In this document: piece after piece, positions 1 to 9,850 of the stretch | How the letters are laid out: the number at the start of each line of letters is the position of its first letter | Position numbering within the stretch: position 1 is the first letter of the stretch | Source: Hydrolagus colliei | Lineage: Eukaryota | Assembly (NCBI GenBank): GCA_035084275.1 | Contig: JAYJKW010000147.1 | Span: 124,001 to 177,511 of the forward strand | Direction: 5' to 3' | DNA length: 53,511 bases | Program-made: the position numbers and the translations under genes | The notes under the pieces: model-generated | Told to the model about the DNA's origin: nothing | The model's input: only the letters and a program-made list of their open reading frames with translations | The model's database searches: none

Positions 1-478
1 CTATTTTACATCTTTCACATGGGCAGCGTTTGATATGCTTAATTACATTTTAACCCCAATTCTCCCTTTTATTCTGATTTTGCTGCTCAACGCACTGACT
101 GTCAGGCACATATTGTTGGCCAGTCGAGCCCGCAGTAGATTGCTGGGACACAGTAACGGGGACAAGAACAGAGCTGAGAGAGACAATGACCCAGAAATGA
201 AAAACAGGAGGAAATCCATTGTTTTGCTTGTCACTGTTTCCACCAGTTTCATATTATTATGGATGACATATGTTATACAGTTCTTATTTTGGAGAATTTC
301 AAAAATATATTCCAGGACAGGCCCTCTATATATTACGCGGCAAACCGGTGAAATGCTGATGCTGTTGAGTTCCTGCACAAACACCTGTATTTACGCAATT
401 ACGCAGACAAGATTCAGAGAAGAGATCAACAAAATAGTGCGATTTCCATTCATTCTAATTGCTAGATTATTTAGTTAA
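1..478 (+). CDS. gpr139-like: GPR139-like class A GPCR, copy A: 3' part of the large coding exon (ECL2/TM5 to C-terminus); 5' part lies outside the window
   Basis: The frame is open from position 2 (YFTSFTWAAFDMLNYILTPILPF...). It has TM5 LPF, ICL3 RRKSIVLL, TM6 SFILLWMTY, TM7 LSSCTNTCIYAITQTRFR and stop TAA at 476-478. These motifs are typical of the chondrichthyan GPR139-like expansion. Confidence 0.88.
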   Translation, partial: YFTSFTWAAFDMLNYILTPILPFILILLLNALTVRHILLASRARSRLLGHSNGDKNRAERDNDPEMKNRRKSIVLLVTVSTSFILLWMTYVIQFLFWRISKIYSRTGPLYITRQTGEMLMLLSSCTNTCIYAITQTRFREEINKIVRFPFILIARLFS

Positions 479-1734
479 TGGACGTTGCTATTGGCTCTGA
501 TAATCTGTTTATGAAGAAATCTCGGGAAATGCGACTCTGTCCTTCAGCTGTCCCAGGTCGGGGTATAGGCTGCAAGACACGCCAAACAACTTTCTTGTGG
601 TCACCATGATCCAAACATCCATGATTTTCACTCAAAGTACAGCTGATGAGGAAACGTGAAGTGAAACGGGAGCGATATAAATAGATGAGGCATGCTTCTA
701 GTGAATTAGAAACTATCAGTGCGACGCATTATTATTATTAGCGTTAAAGATCGGATGATATAATGAAGGTAAGCGTCGGCAGAGATCAGGAAAACAACAT
801 TTTGCGTGAGAAGGGGAGGAGCGGTTTCACAGCAAGACAATCAAATCCTAGGTTACTCGAGTATCGTGTGATTGGAACATTAGTATTGCTGAAGCAGGAA
901 GCAGATCTTCGGGTCGTGCGCTTTTTAAACTGTGTTTACTTGTAACAAACCGCATATAAGATCATTTGCATGCAGAACAGAGCCGAGAAAAACTGGAGAC
1001 GAGATGAGGTGAATTGCACAAGGCCTCTGAAGTAGGAGCGTGTCGTATCATTTCCATACAAACTATTGCTGTAACTTGTTAGAATCGTAAGGATTGTATT
1101 TTCTGCTTGATGGCTGTTGTTAGTGTGATATTAAATAAATTTTTCGAATCAAGTGCCAGTGCCTGGCGTCCTGACGCGAAAAAACTATGCAACTATAGTT
1201 TTTTGTTGTGGTTTTCGTGGCATTCGTTAGTGCTCGGTACATTTTGAATGTTTCACAAAACATATTATGGCCTCCTGCAAACTGAGCATCAAAAGTCGGA
1301 GGTCAAAGGTGGAGATCGAATAATTATTCCCAATTCACTGTGCATCGTCTCACCCGGATCAGGGTTGCACAAAGATAAATTTCCACCCGCTCTTACAGAT
1401 CAGGGTGAGGAACACTGAAAAGCTCCACGTGGGCTTTCCCAATCTACGAGATGACCTTTGGAGATGCAGTAGAGCTCCGTCTAGAAAGTCAGCTCACACT
1501 ACTAGGTCAGGATTCGAGACGCAGTTATGCTCCCTACGCATGGTCTGTCTGTACACTAGGATGTTGTGATAGCTTTAATCCAAAATAACAATAATAGATG
1601 ATCCTAGATTTCACATAGGTATTTGTCAGGTACTGGAATGCCCAACATGAAACTAAAGCTACAGCATATTTTTTATCATGAGATAGCAATAATAATAAAA
1701 TAATAACAACAAGAATATGAGATGAGATGAGAGC

Positions 1735-4375
1735 ACCTTAGAAACCTGGCTCTCCTCAGTGAAATTGTCCATCTAGTTGAAGCCTACCCTCCAGTCTACA
1801 TATTCTACACCCCGCCCTAACCAATATAGCGGCGGAGTGGCCCTCATCTCCAAACATTCCTTGGTGTTTTCCCTTATTCAGTTGGTTCCTTATGCTCTTT
1901 TGAGCAACTCACCCCTTACCATCCTTCTCTTCCACTGAAACGTCTGGCCCACCACACCATTAAACCTACTGGATTTAGGGCCCCACTTGTCCTCTGTAAA
2001 CCTCACCCATCACATAAATTAGCCGAACCACAACCATAGTCACCGAGGTGGACTCATCATCATGCATAGCCTCGACATACCCGACCTGTACATTATGTAC
2101 ACCTTTCGAAGCACGGCCTCCTCTTATTCTCTTCTCGCATCCCTCTATTCTTCACAGACCCCTCAACTATACTTTGCCGCCCATCGAACAGTCTTCCCCC
2201 TGAGAACCTCACAGAGGCAATCGCATCCTCTGTCATCCTATTCCTCTTGCCTTCTACCCATAGAGATTCTGAGGCAGCCATCCAGCTGCTCCACGATCGC
2301 CTCTCCTCCACCAATCAACTCTGTTTTCGCACTGAATACCAAAACAATCTCCAAACACACCCGATCCTCCTGGTACAACAGCCATATCGGCTCACAAATA
2401 CACATCCTCAACTGTTCGAGCACAGGTGGCTTAAAACTGGCCTGACGGTTCACAGCCGACTGTGGCTCGATCATCTCCACAGCTACCGTCGTTCGCTATC
2501 ATGCGTAAAAGCTGCTTGTTACTCAAACGTCATCCTGAAGAGGAAAAACTGCCCTTAGGTACTCTTTTCCACTACCCACAACCATGCCTCATGCATCCTC
2601 AATGTTCGCTTCCAATGCGAAGAGGGCAAGGACTTCTTCTGCATCAAAATCCACAATCCCCGCCGTGCAGCCTCTCAACGCACACCACCTGCACCTCCAA
2701 TCCGTCCCCATCACCTTCCCCGTCATCAGCTCCTACCATGATCCCCTTCCTACATTTATTTCCCCATTCTCTCCTTCCTCCCTCTCATGCACCATCACCT
2801 CAATGAAGCCCAACACCTGCTGCTCAACAACCTTCCCACCAATGCATTAGTCACCAAGGTCCCCGTCCTCTGCCCACTGCCGGTTGACAATCACAACTAC
2901 TGCCTCTCCACACGATATGTCCCTGCCACACTCAACACTCCTGCCATCACCATCCTCCTCAAAAATCCTTCCCTGGATCCCTCAAGCGCTGGAAATTACC
3001 GCCTCATTTCAAATCGACGCTGCCTTGGCAAAGCACTTGAACGCTTTATTGCTAACCAACTCCGCGTTCACGTCTCGTACCACTGCCTTTTCGATCCCCT
3101 CCAATCCGGTTTACGTCCTGCCCACACTACACAGACTGCGCTTGTGAAAATCACAAACTATATCCTTTCTATCTATGACCAGGGCTCCCTCTGTCTCCTT
3201 ATCCTTCTGGACCGCCAGAGGTTCGACACAGTCGACCACGCCATCCTCCCCCACCGCCTTTCCTCCGTCACCTGGTTCGATTCCAACCGCAAAACCGCCA
3301 GCAGTACACCTAAATAAACGATATTTCCTCCTGCTCTCACCCGATTAAATTTGGGATACCCTACCGAATAATGCTTGGGGCCCTCATCTTGCTTATCAAT
3401 GTGCTCCCCCTTGGGGATATCATGGTACACTTAAACATATATGCGGATGACACCTATCTTTATTTTCACCTCACTTTGCGACCCCCAGTCAACAGACGTT
3501 CTTTCAGGATGTATGTTAGACATCAGTGGCTGGATGAGCGCAAATTGCCTTCAGCTAAATGTTGACAAGCGGAAGGCATACTCTTTGGCTCTCGTCAGTG
3601 TCTTCAGTCACACGCTTCCCACCTCCTCCATTTTTCTAACCTGCCCCTAAAACTCTCCAAAAACGTCCGCAAACTTGGCGTCAGGTTCAACCCCCACTTT
3701 ATTGTTCCTCGCACACATCCTGTCCATCACCAGCACTGCCTTCTTCCACCTCCGACGCATCGACCATCTTCGCCAATATCTCACGCCAAAAGCTGCTGAA
3801 ATCATGGTCGTTGCCTTTGCAACTTTCGGATGGAATATTTGATTGCCCTCCTCGCCTGTCTCCCATCCGCTATCATTCATAAAATCTTGCTGTTACAGGG
3901 CGCCACCGTCCGCATTCTCAACCATGCAAATCTCCGTGATTACCTAAACCTTGCCAGACGGCACTGGATCCCTGTCCCGGAGACAATCGATGTTTAGGTC
4001 TTCATGGTGGTACTCAATTCCCCCACTGCTCTCATCCCGACTACCTCTGTAGCTATCTCTCCCCTCGCAAAAGTACGCGCTGCCGGTGCTCTACCAGGTC
4101 TGGCCTGCTCCTTGTCCCCGAATCTTCTGCTTCAACATCGACGGTGATGCCTTCAGCCACTGCGCTCTGTTAACTGACTCCCTTCCCCCCTTCGACTCTG
4201 CCCCTCCTCACCAATGTTCAGGTCTCAGTTAACGACCTTTCGTTACGACCGTACTTTGGTTCACCTTGTTCCCCTTCCCTCTGGCCCGGCCCCGGGATCC
4301 ATTATTGGGAAGCGCTCTGAGACGCTGTTCGGCGTGGTGGGCACTACACAAATCTTGGTATTCTAGCTATATTCA
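1735..4375 (+). mobile_element. Degenerate L2-clade LINE (endonuclease to RT to 3' tail), many stops and frameshifts
   Basis: ETWL-like endonuclease motif near 1741. RT pieces NYRLIS, LQSGLRPAHTTQTALVKITN, FDTVDH (2787-3317) and YADD (3371-3565). The 3' tail ...ccccgggatcc...agcgctctgagacgctg is shared with other L2 copies in the window. Confidence 0.9.
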
Positions 4376-4493
4376 GTATTTTTTAGCTTTTTGCCTTCTC
4401 AAATATTGAAAGGCAATAAATTTATGTAAATTTGTTTGAATTGTGAAAAACGTCTGTTAAAAGTATTTTGAAAAAAGTTTATCCTTATCTTGC

Positions 4494-4605
4494 GGAGTCC
4501 TATCGACCATTGATTGGATATCTTGCCTTCAAAGGAAGAGACCTGGGTTCGACTCCAACCAGGGCGTTACCTTGTCCAAGTTTCCATACTACACCAGCGT
4601 AATAA
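4494..4605 (+). mobile_element. Short tRNA-derived SINE, diverged copy
   Basis: GGAGTCC start, B box GGTTCGACTC, and a tail ccttgtccaagtttccatactaca homologous to the copies at 9256-9372, 13501-13615 and 23075-23153. Confidence 0.6.
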
Positions 4606-5511
4606 TACTCCCTGAGTAGAAATCGAGAAGTAATAACGTAAAGCAGTACCTTAAAAGGAAATACAGATTGGCGAAGGCAGGAAAAGACAGGTTAGGGAAC
4701 AAAACAACAACTAAATATATCTACAGAGCGCCTTTCTCATTCGTAGAATGTCCAAAAGGCGCTGAACAGTTATATTGGTGACCCCAGAATGGGGGTTGGG
4801 GTAGAGTCTGCGGTGGAAGTAGATTGTGAAGGAGGATAGAGAAAGGAGGGGAATGTGTCTCCGATTGGTCTGCGGTAACCCTCACTGTGCACGCAGAGGA
4901 AGCTCAAACTATTGTGAGTTCAACAAATAATGATAGTAATAGATTTATTTTATATTGCAACTTACGAGGTCATCAAGTCGGCTTAAATTAAATTCACGGA
5001 ATATACATTAAAGAAAATTGACTGCAACAAAACAACAACTTCGATTTGCATCGCGCCCTCGATCCGGACGGCTATACAGAAAGTACCAGTAGAAGCCATC
5101 ACCAGTCCGATGGCATAGATACCAGTTAGGAGATGAATAGCCAGAGTACATTGCTTTACTGTGTCTACAAATGAACGTTAGAATTCGGTTGTTCTGGAAG
5201 CCCACAGCCCGAGGAGTAACTGATGAGAACAATTACTACACTGAATAGTAGCGAGTTTGGTTATGACGCAATCTTGGCTTCTCTCCATTTCATTGGCTGC
5301 CGTATTTTCATCGTCAGTAATCGTTTTGCCCTTCAGTTATAAGGCTCCAACCTCTGGAAATCTACCTCGGTAGCTCTCCATCAATCACTTTCTATCTTCA
5401 ACGTAAAATATCATCCCTCATTTCTCCTATCCTCAACACCTTTGTCCCCAACCTTCGAGATTTAGGTCTAAGCTTTCCACTGTGTCTTGTCTCATGTGAT
5501 TTGCAAATTAT

Positions 5512-5900
5512 TGTTGCAGAATGATTAAAAGATTGTCCACATCTGGCTGCGGAGAGACCACTGAAGCCGGGTGGTACCACTGAGCCGTGTGGTACCACTG
5601 ACGCCAGCTGCTATACCTATCTCCATGTGACTTTGGTAAGTAATTACGTGTGTCAAGATAGCATTTGTTTCTGTCCATTCCCTCTGTAATTCAACTATTA
5701 CATGGTGTATTGTTTCAAGTGTATAAAAGGAGGAGTTTGACTGTTTCAAACGCAGAGGACAAGAGCGACTCCCATTGAGAGACGCATATTCTCCTCTCCT
5801 TTACTAGTAGCGTATTAATAAAGCGCATTCTAATTATCTGTTTGAAGTGTTGTTTTCTAATAGATAGAGAAATAATACTACACAAATATCGGATTCAACA
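5512..5900 (+). mobile_element. Putative solo LTR
   Basis: TGTTG...CAACA termini, an 18-19 bp tandem repeat at 5558-5602, TATAAAA at 5722 and AATAAA at 5817, in U3-R-U5 order. No matching TSD is seen. Confidence 0.45.
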
Positions 5901-5959
5901 GACCCTTCGTCAGAAGACGGGGGAGGTGAGCAGTTATGGCCTGATAACACAATGCAGTA

Positions 5960-6560
5960 TCCTCTAAATTGGGGGAAACCAAACGCTGATTGGGGAACAA
6001 TTTGCCGAACACATCAATCCTGGCAGGGAATATCACCCTGACTTACCAGTTTAATGCCACGTTAACTCTCCTTCCCACTCGCACTCCGACCTCTCCAGCC
6101 ACAGTCTCCTACACTGTTCCAATGAAACGCAGTACATCTCGAACAACAGCACCTGATCCGTCGGCTAGGGGCCTTACAGCCTCTGGCCTTAATACCGATT
6201 TCAACAATTTCACGCCATAACAGCTGATCTCCCCCCACGTCTGTGATCATTTGATCTACCTGTTTTTTTTTCTTGCAATTTCAGCTTCTGTTTGCTTTAA
6301 CGCTATTAACGCCTCATCTCTGCAGTTTTATTGCAACCCCCCGGTTTTGTTTCACAACATTAACTCCTCTTTAACGCATCATCTCCTGCTCTCTACCCCC
6401 ACTTTCCCCTTCGTCTTCCTCGCCCCGCCTCTCGCCCCAACATACTCCAGTTCTGACGAAATATCATGGACCCGAAACGTTGACACTTTCCTTTCTCCAT
6501 AGATGCTGCCTGACCCGTGTTTTTCCCAGCAACATCTGTGTTGTTTGCAGTCTGCAATAC
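5960..6560 (+). mobile_element. Penelope-like element, 3' fragment (GIY-YIG C-terminus and tail)
   Basis: Frameshifted EQHLIRRLGALQPSGLNTDFNNF-type C-terminus at about 6140-6215. Characteristic tail ctgacgaaatatcatggacccgaaacgttgac...gatgctgcctgaccc. Confidence 0.72.
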
Positions 6561-7189
6561 CCCGGGTGGCCAGGGAAAGCAAATGTTTCTGTCCGTTATA
6601 CTGCAAGTTTAATACAATATAACATGAGCTACATTTTTACGGTACATTTTTTACCCCCGTTACCCCCGTTTCCCAGGTAACCAGTCATTGACAGACGAGG
6701 GAGGGACGCCCCCCCGTTTCCCTGGTACCCGGTGATTGATAGGAGAGACAGAGAGAGACCCGCCCGCTGGCTCTCAGTAGATTGTTGTCCTGATGAACCA
6801 CAGACATCACAGTGATGGTGTGTATCGCCCTCCAAGCCTGACATGTCATGGTATATACTGTACTGTATTCACAGCACTTCACACAATACACTGTAAAGTG
6901 AAGTGACTATATATATATATATATATATCTATGTGTGTGTGGGGGGTGGGGGGGCAACACACGGCAGTCAATTGTGTACAGCATTGGCCACAAACAGTCA
7001 CAGGTTGAAAATATTTTCTTTAATTTAGATTTCTTTATAATAATTTTTAAAATTAATTTTCAATTGTTTAGTTTTTCTTTTTTCTCAATTAATTATTAGT
7101 TATTGTTAATAATTATGTCAGTATTCTTTAAATATTTGTTGTATGTGAGGTTGTTATTGGACGTGTGGCGATGCAAATTCGCCCATAAC

Positions 7190-7610
7190 TCTATTATCAC
7201 CGAAACGTAATCTTTCACCTGCTCCCTCGACCTTCCCCTCACCTCTCTCCTCACCTTCCAATGAAAGGGAATGTAACGTTCCACCTTCTGGCTCTTCTCC
7301 TAACTGACATCAAACTCTACTTATCCACCGGCACTGTTCTCAGCCACTTAAATAAAGTGGTCTTCGCCATTAAGAAAAAGCTTCCCCTGGAACCATCCCT
7401 ATTCTCAACCGACAACACCATCTCCAAACTCCTCTCCATACCCTGGAACGATTCATAACTATTTGCCAAACTGTCCGCATCCATTGCTTAACAACATATG
7501 GCCTGCTCCATGTCCACCAATCCAACAGCACAACCATCAGCGTGTGAGCCTTCAACCACACTGCCCCCAACCTTTGAAATGCCATTTAGAAACCCTCCCC
7601 CCTAGCCTCC
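7190..7610 (+). mobile_element. Old L2 3' fragment
   Basis: Pyrimidine-rich sequence resembling the L2 RT C-terminal region, e.g. accatcagcgtgtgagccttcaaccacactgccccc (compare GGRAFSHxAP in other copies). Confidence 0.55.
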
Positions 7611-7634
7611 TTAAAATAATAATCTGAAGAATAA

Positions 7635-7870
7635 TCCTTGCAATTGATATCGCGCTTTTCATATTTTATCGATATCTCAAGTCGCTTCATAGAACATACT
7701 GCAAAGGGAACTGATTATATAATTGTGGGCAAAATGCGGCAGCCAGTTTTGCACAGAAGTGTCCCACAACCAGTAGTGGATTGAAATGACCACTTTTTAT
7801 CGGTATGTTTTTTTTGGACGGATTATTATTAAGCATGTGGTGCAAGAAACTTGCCCAAGGATTTGCCCTG
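7635..7870 (-). mobile_element. Deu-domain SINE remnant with L2-type tail
   Basis: gcggcagccagttttgcacagaagtgtcccacaac resembles the Deu core, preceded by a reversed L2-like tail. Similar remnants occur at about 9075-9160, 16290-16390 and 41545-41745. Confidence 0.5.
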
Positions 7871-8592
7871 ATCTGCCTGGATTCAAAAACAGGTCTAATG
7901 CTTGTAAGGCGTGTGGTCTAGCCACCGAACTAGAGAAGCTCTATAGGCATTGGGAACCTTCAATTACCGCTTCAAGGACCTCCTCTTTGACAATGCAATC
8001 TTTCACAACCGTTTCCCTCCTTCCGTTAACCAACCCCGATCGTGACACCCAGTTTGAGTCTCAAACACAGAAAGTCCAGTTTCTTGGTATTTCAGAACCT
8101 TCAGATATCCTCCTGATGTAACAAGTGCTATGAAAGTGTATTTTTGTGGTAGTTGTTGTATTTCGTCTTGATGTAAAAGGCATTATACACTTGTAATTTT
8201 GCTGCTGTTATTCTTCCTGCACCAGAGAATATGTTATAGAGAGACAAAAAATATGGCTTTCATTTTGCCGACATTCAGCTGCAGGAAATGTTTACTCCTA
8301 CATGCCTTGATGTCTGGAAAACAAGCTGACTAGACATGAGCATACTGCGAGTTGCAGTTGGAGAAGAAGTTGATTTGTGTTGTAAACACATACATATGCA
8401 CACAAACGTGTACAAATCAGAGATATGAGGAGCAAGAACACTCGTTCTGATACTGATCCCTTTCCATAGTGATTTCGAATTCACCAATCTAGATCCTGAT
8501 CAGAACTCTATACCGTAATTCAATGAACTAAACAAAACTGTGCAATTTGAGACTAACTGCTCTAACTGTACATGAACTCAACACATCCAGAG

Positions 8593-8700
8593 ATGGAGCC
8601 CAGTAGCAGGCTTGCTCTGTTTATTGCTGTAGTTCTTTTCTTGGGTGGGAATGGCGTGAAAGCAGCTGCCTCTAGATGTTGTTTTCAGATAAGAAGGTGA
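8593..8700 (+). other. 35-codon upstream ORF with signal-peptide-like N-terminus (MEPSSRLALFIAVVLFLGGNGVKAAASRCCFQIRR*) ahead of GPCR copy B
   Basis: ATG in gagATGG context, an 11-residue hydrophobic core, and a V-K-A cleavage-like site. Homologous ORFs lie at 22100-22207 and (truncated) 15086-15151. Coding status is not proven. Confidence 0.4.
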
Positions 8701-9255
8701 CTTCCTGCTTCTGCCATCTACGCCCAAGCGGACCTGAATCACAGCTACAAAAAGCAGTGGAAGCTCCACAATAATGTAGTTGTGATGTAGTTTGCAGACT
8801 TCAGCAGAAGGAACCAATAACTGCTTGAGAATGGTGTGGTTGATAGAAATAGCAAAGGTGTTCTATAATGTGCTGGGATTCATCGGTTTTCCTGGTAAGC
8901 CATTCCAAGTAACTCACGCTTGGACAAATCTGGGTCTCACGGCTGTGAACCGTGTATCTGGCAGTGATACATATTTTACAGGAGGAGAGGAACCAGGCTG
9001 ATCATCAGTGTTAAAGAATGAGTATCTTCAATTCTATCATTTGAGTGATAGAGAGCCAAAGGAGACCGACATCACAAGTCGCTTCATAGTACATACTGCA
9101 AAAGGGAACTGATTATATAATTGTGGGCAAAATGTGGCAGCCAGTTTGCACAGAAGGGGGATGGGGGAACAGATTTTAGTGTCGTGCTGTAGGTTTGTGG
9201 TGGACCACAAACAGCTGTGGTTCAAAATGTCCAACTTATTTTTTTCTCCTTCAGG

Positions 9256-9372
9256 TTTTATTGCCAGGTATGTAGTATAAGAAACTTTACCAAAGGATTA
9301 TCCCTACTGGGAATTGAACCCCGGTCTCTACCTTGAAAGGCAAATGCTCTAATCATTGAGCAACAGGACTCC
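9256..9372 (-). mobile_element. Short tRNA-derived SINE in intron 1 of GPCR copy B
   Basis: Minus strand reads GGAGTCCTGTTGCTCAATGATTAGAGCATTTGCCTTTCAAGGTAGAGACCGGGGTTCAATTCCCAGTAGGGA (A and B boxes), followed by a tail of about 45 nt. Confidence 0.7.
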
Positions 9373-9484
9373 ATGACACTTTAAACAGGACAGCAGCAGT
9401 CAAATTAATACACAAATAATATTTGTCCCGTTTTCGGGGAAAGACATCTGTAGCGATGTACAGCAAAGAACAATAAGTTTGTTT

Positions 9485-9850
9485 GTTTGGAAACCTGTTT
9501 TCTAAGAAGTGGCTTCAAAACCCAAGATCGGATGATCTGAGAGTGGATCAATGGGAGGTGTGTAACTTTGCTAGCAGCATTTTGAGATGGATTTGTCTGT
9601 GCTGTCTGCAGAGCATCAAAATCCCAGGGTGCGGGTTAGAAATGGGACCGTTGCTTGTGTTTGGGTTGGTCGAAATTGGGTTTTGAAGTGCGGGAAGGAG
9701 TTTGAATGTAGACACGGAATAGATAATTGGATGGGTGTTATTTGTTGGGAAACGTGTGTTCTAACAAAAAACTTCAAAACCCAAGATCTGATCATTTGAG
9801 AATGGATCAATGGGACATGTGTAACCTTGGTAGCAGTATTTTGGGATAGA
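9485..9850. repeat. Diverged direct duplication (about 110-bp block, about 260-bp period) in GPCR B intron
   Basis: ggaaac.tgt.ttctaa...cttcaaaacccaagatc.gat.at.tgaga.tggatcaatggga occurs at about 9490 and about 9748. A third copy at about 23270 lies in paralog E. Confidence 0.8.
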
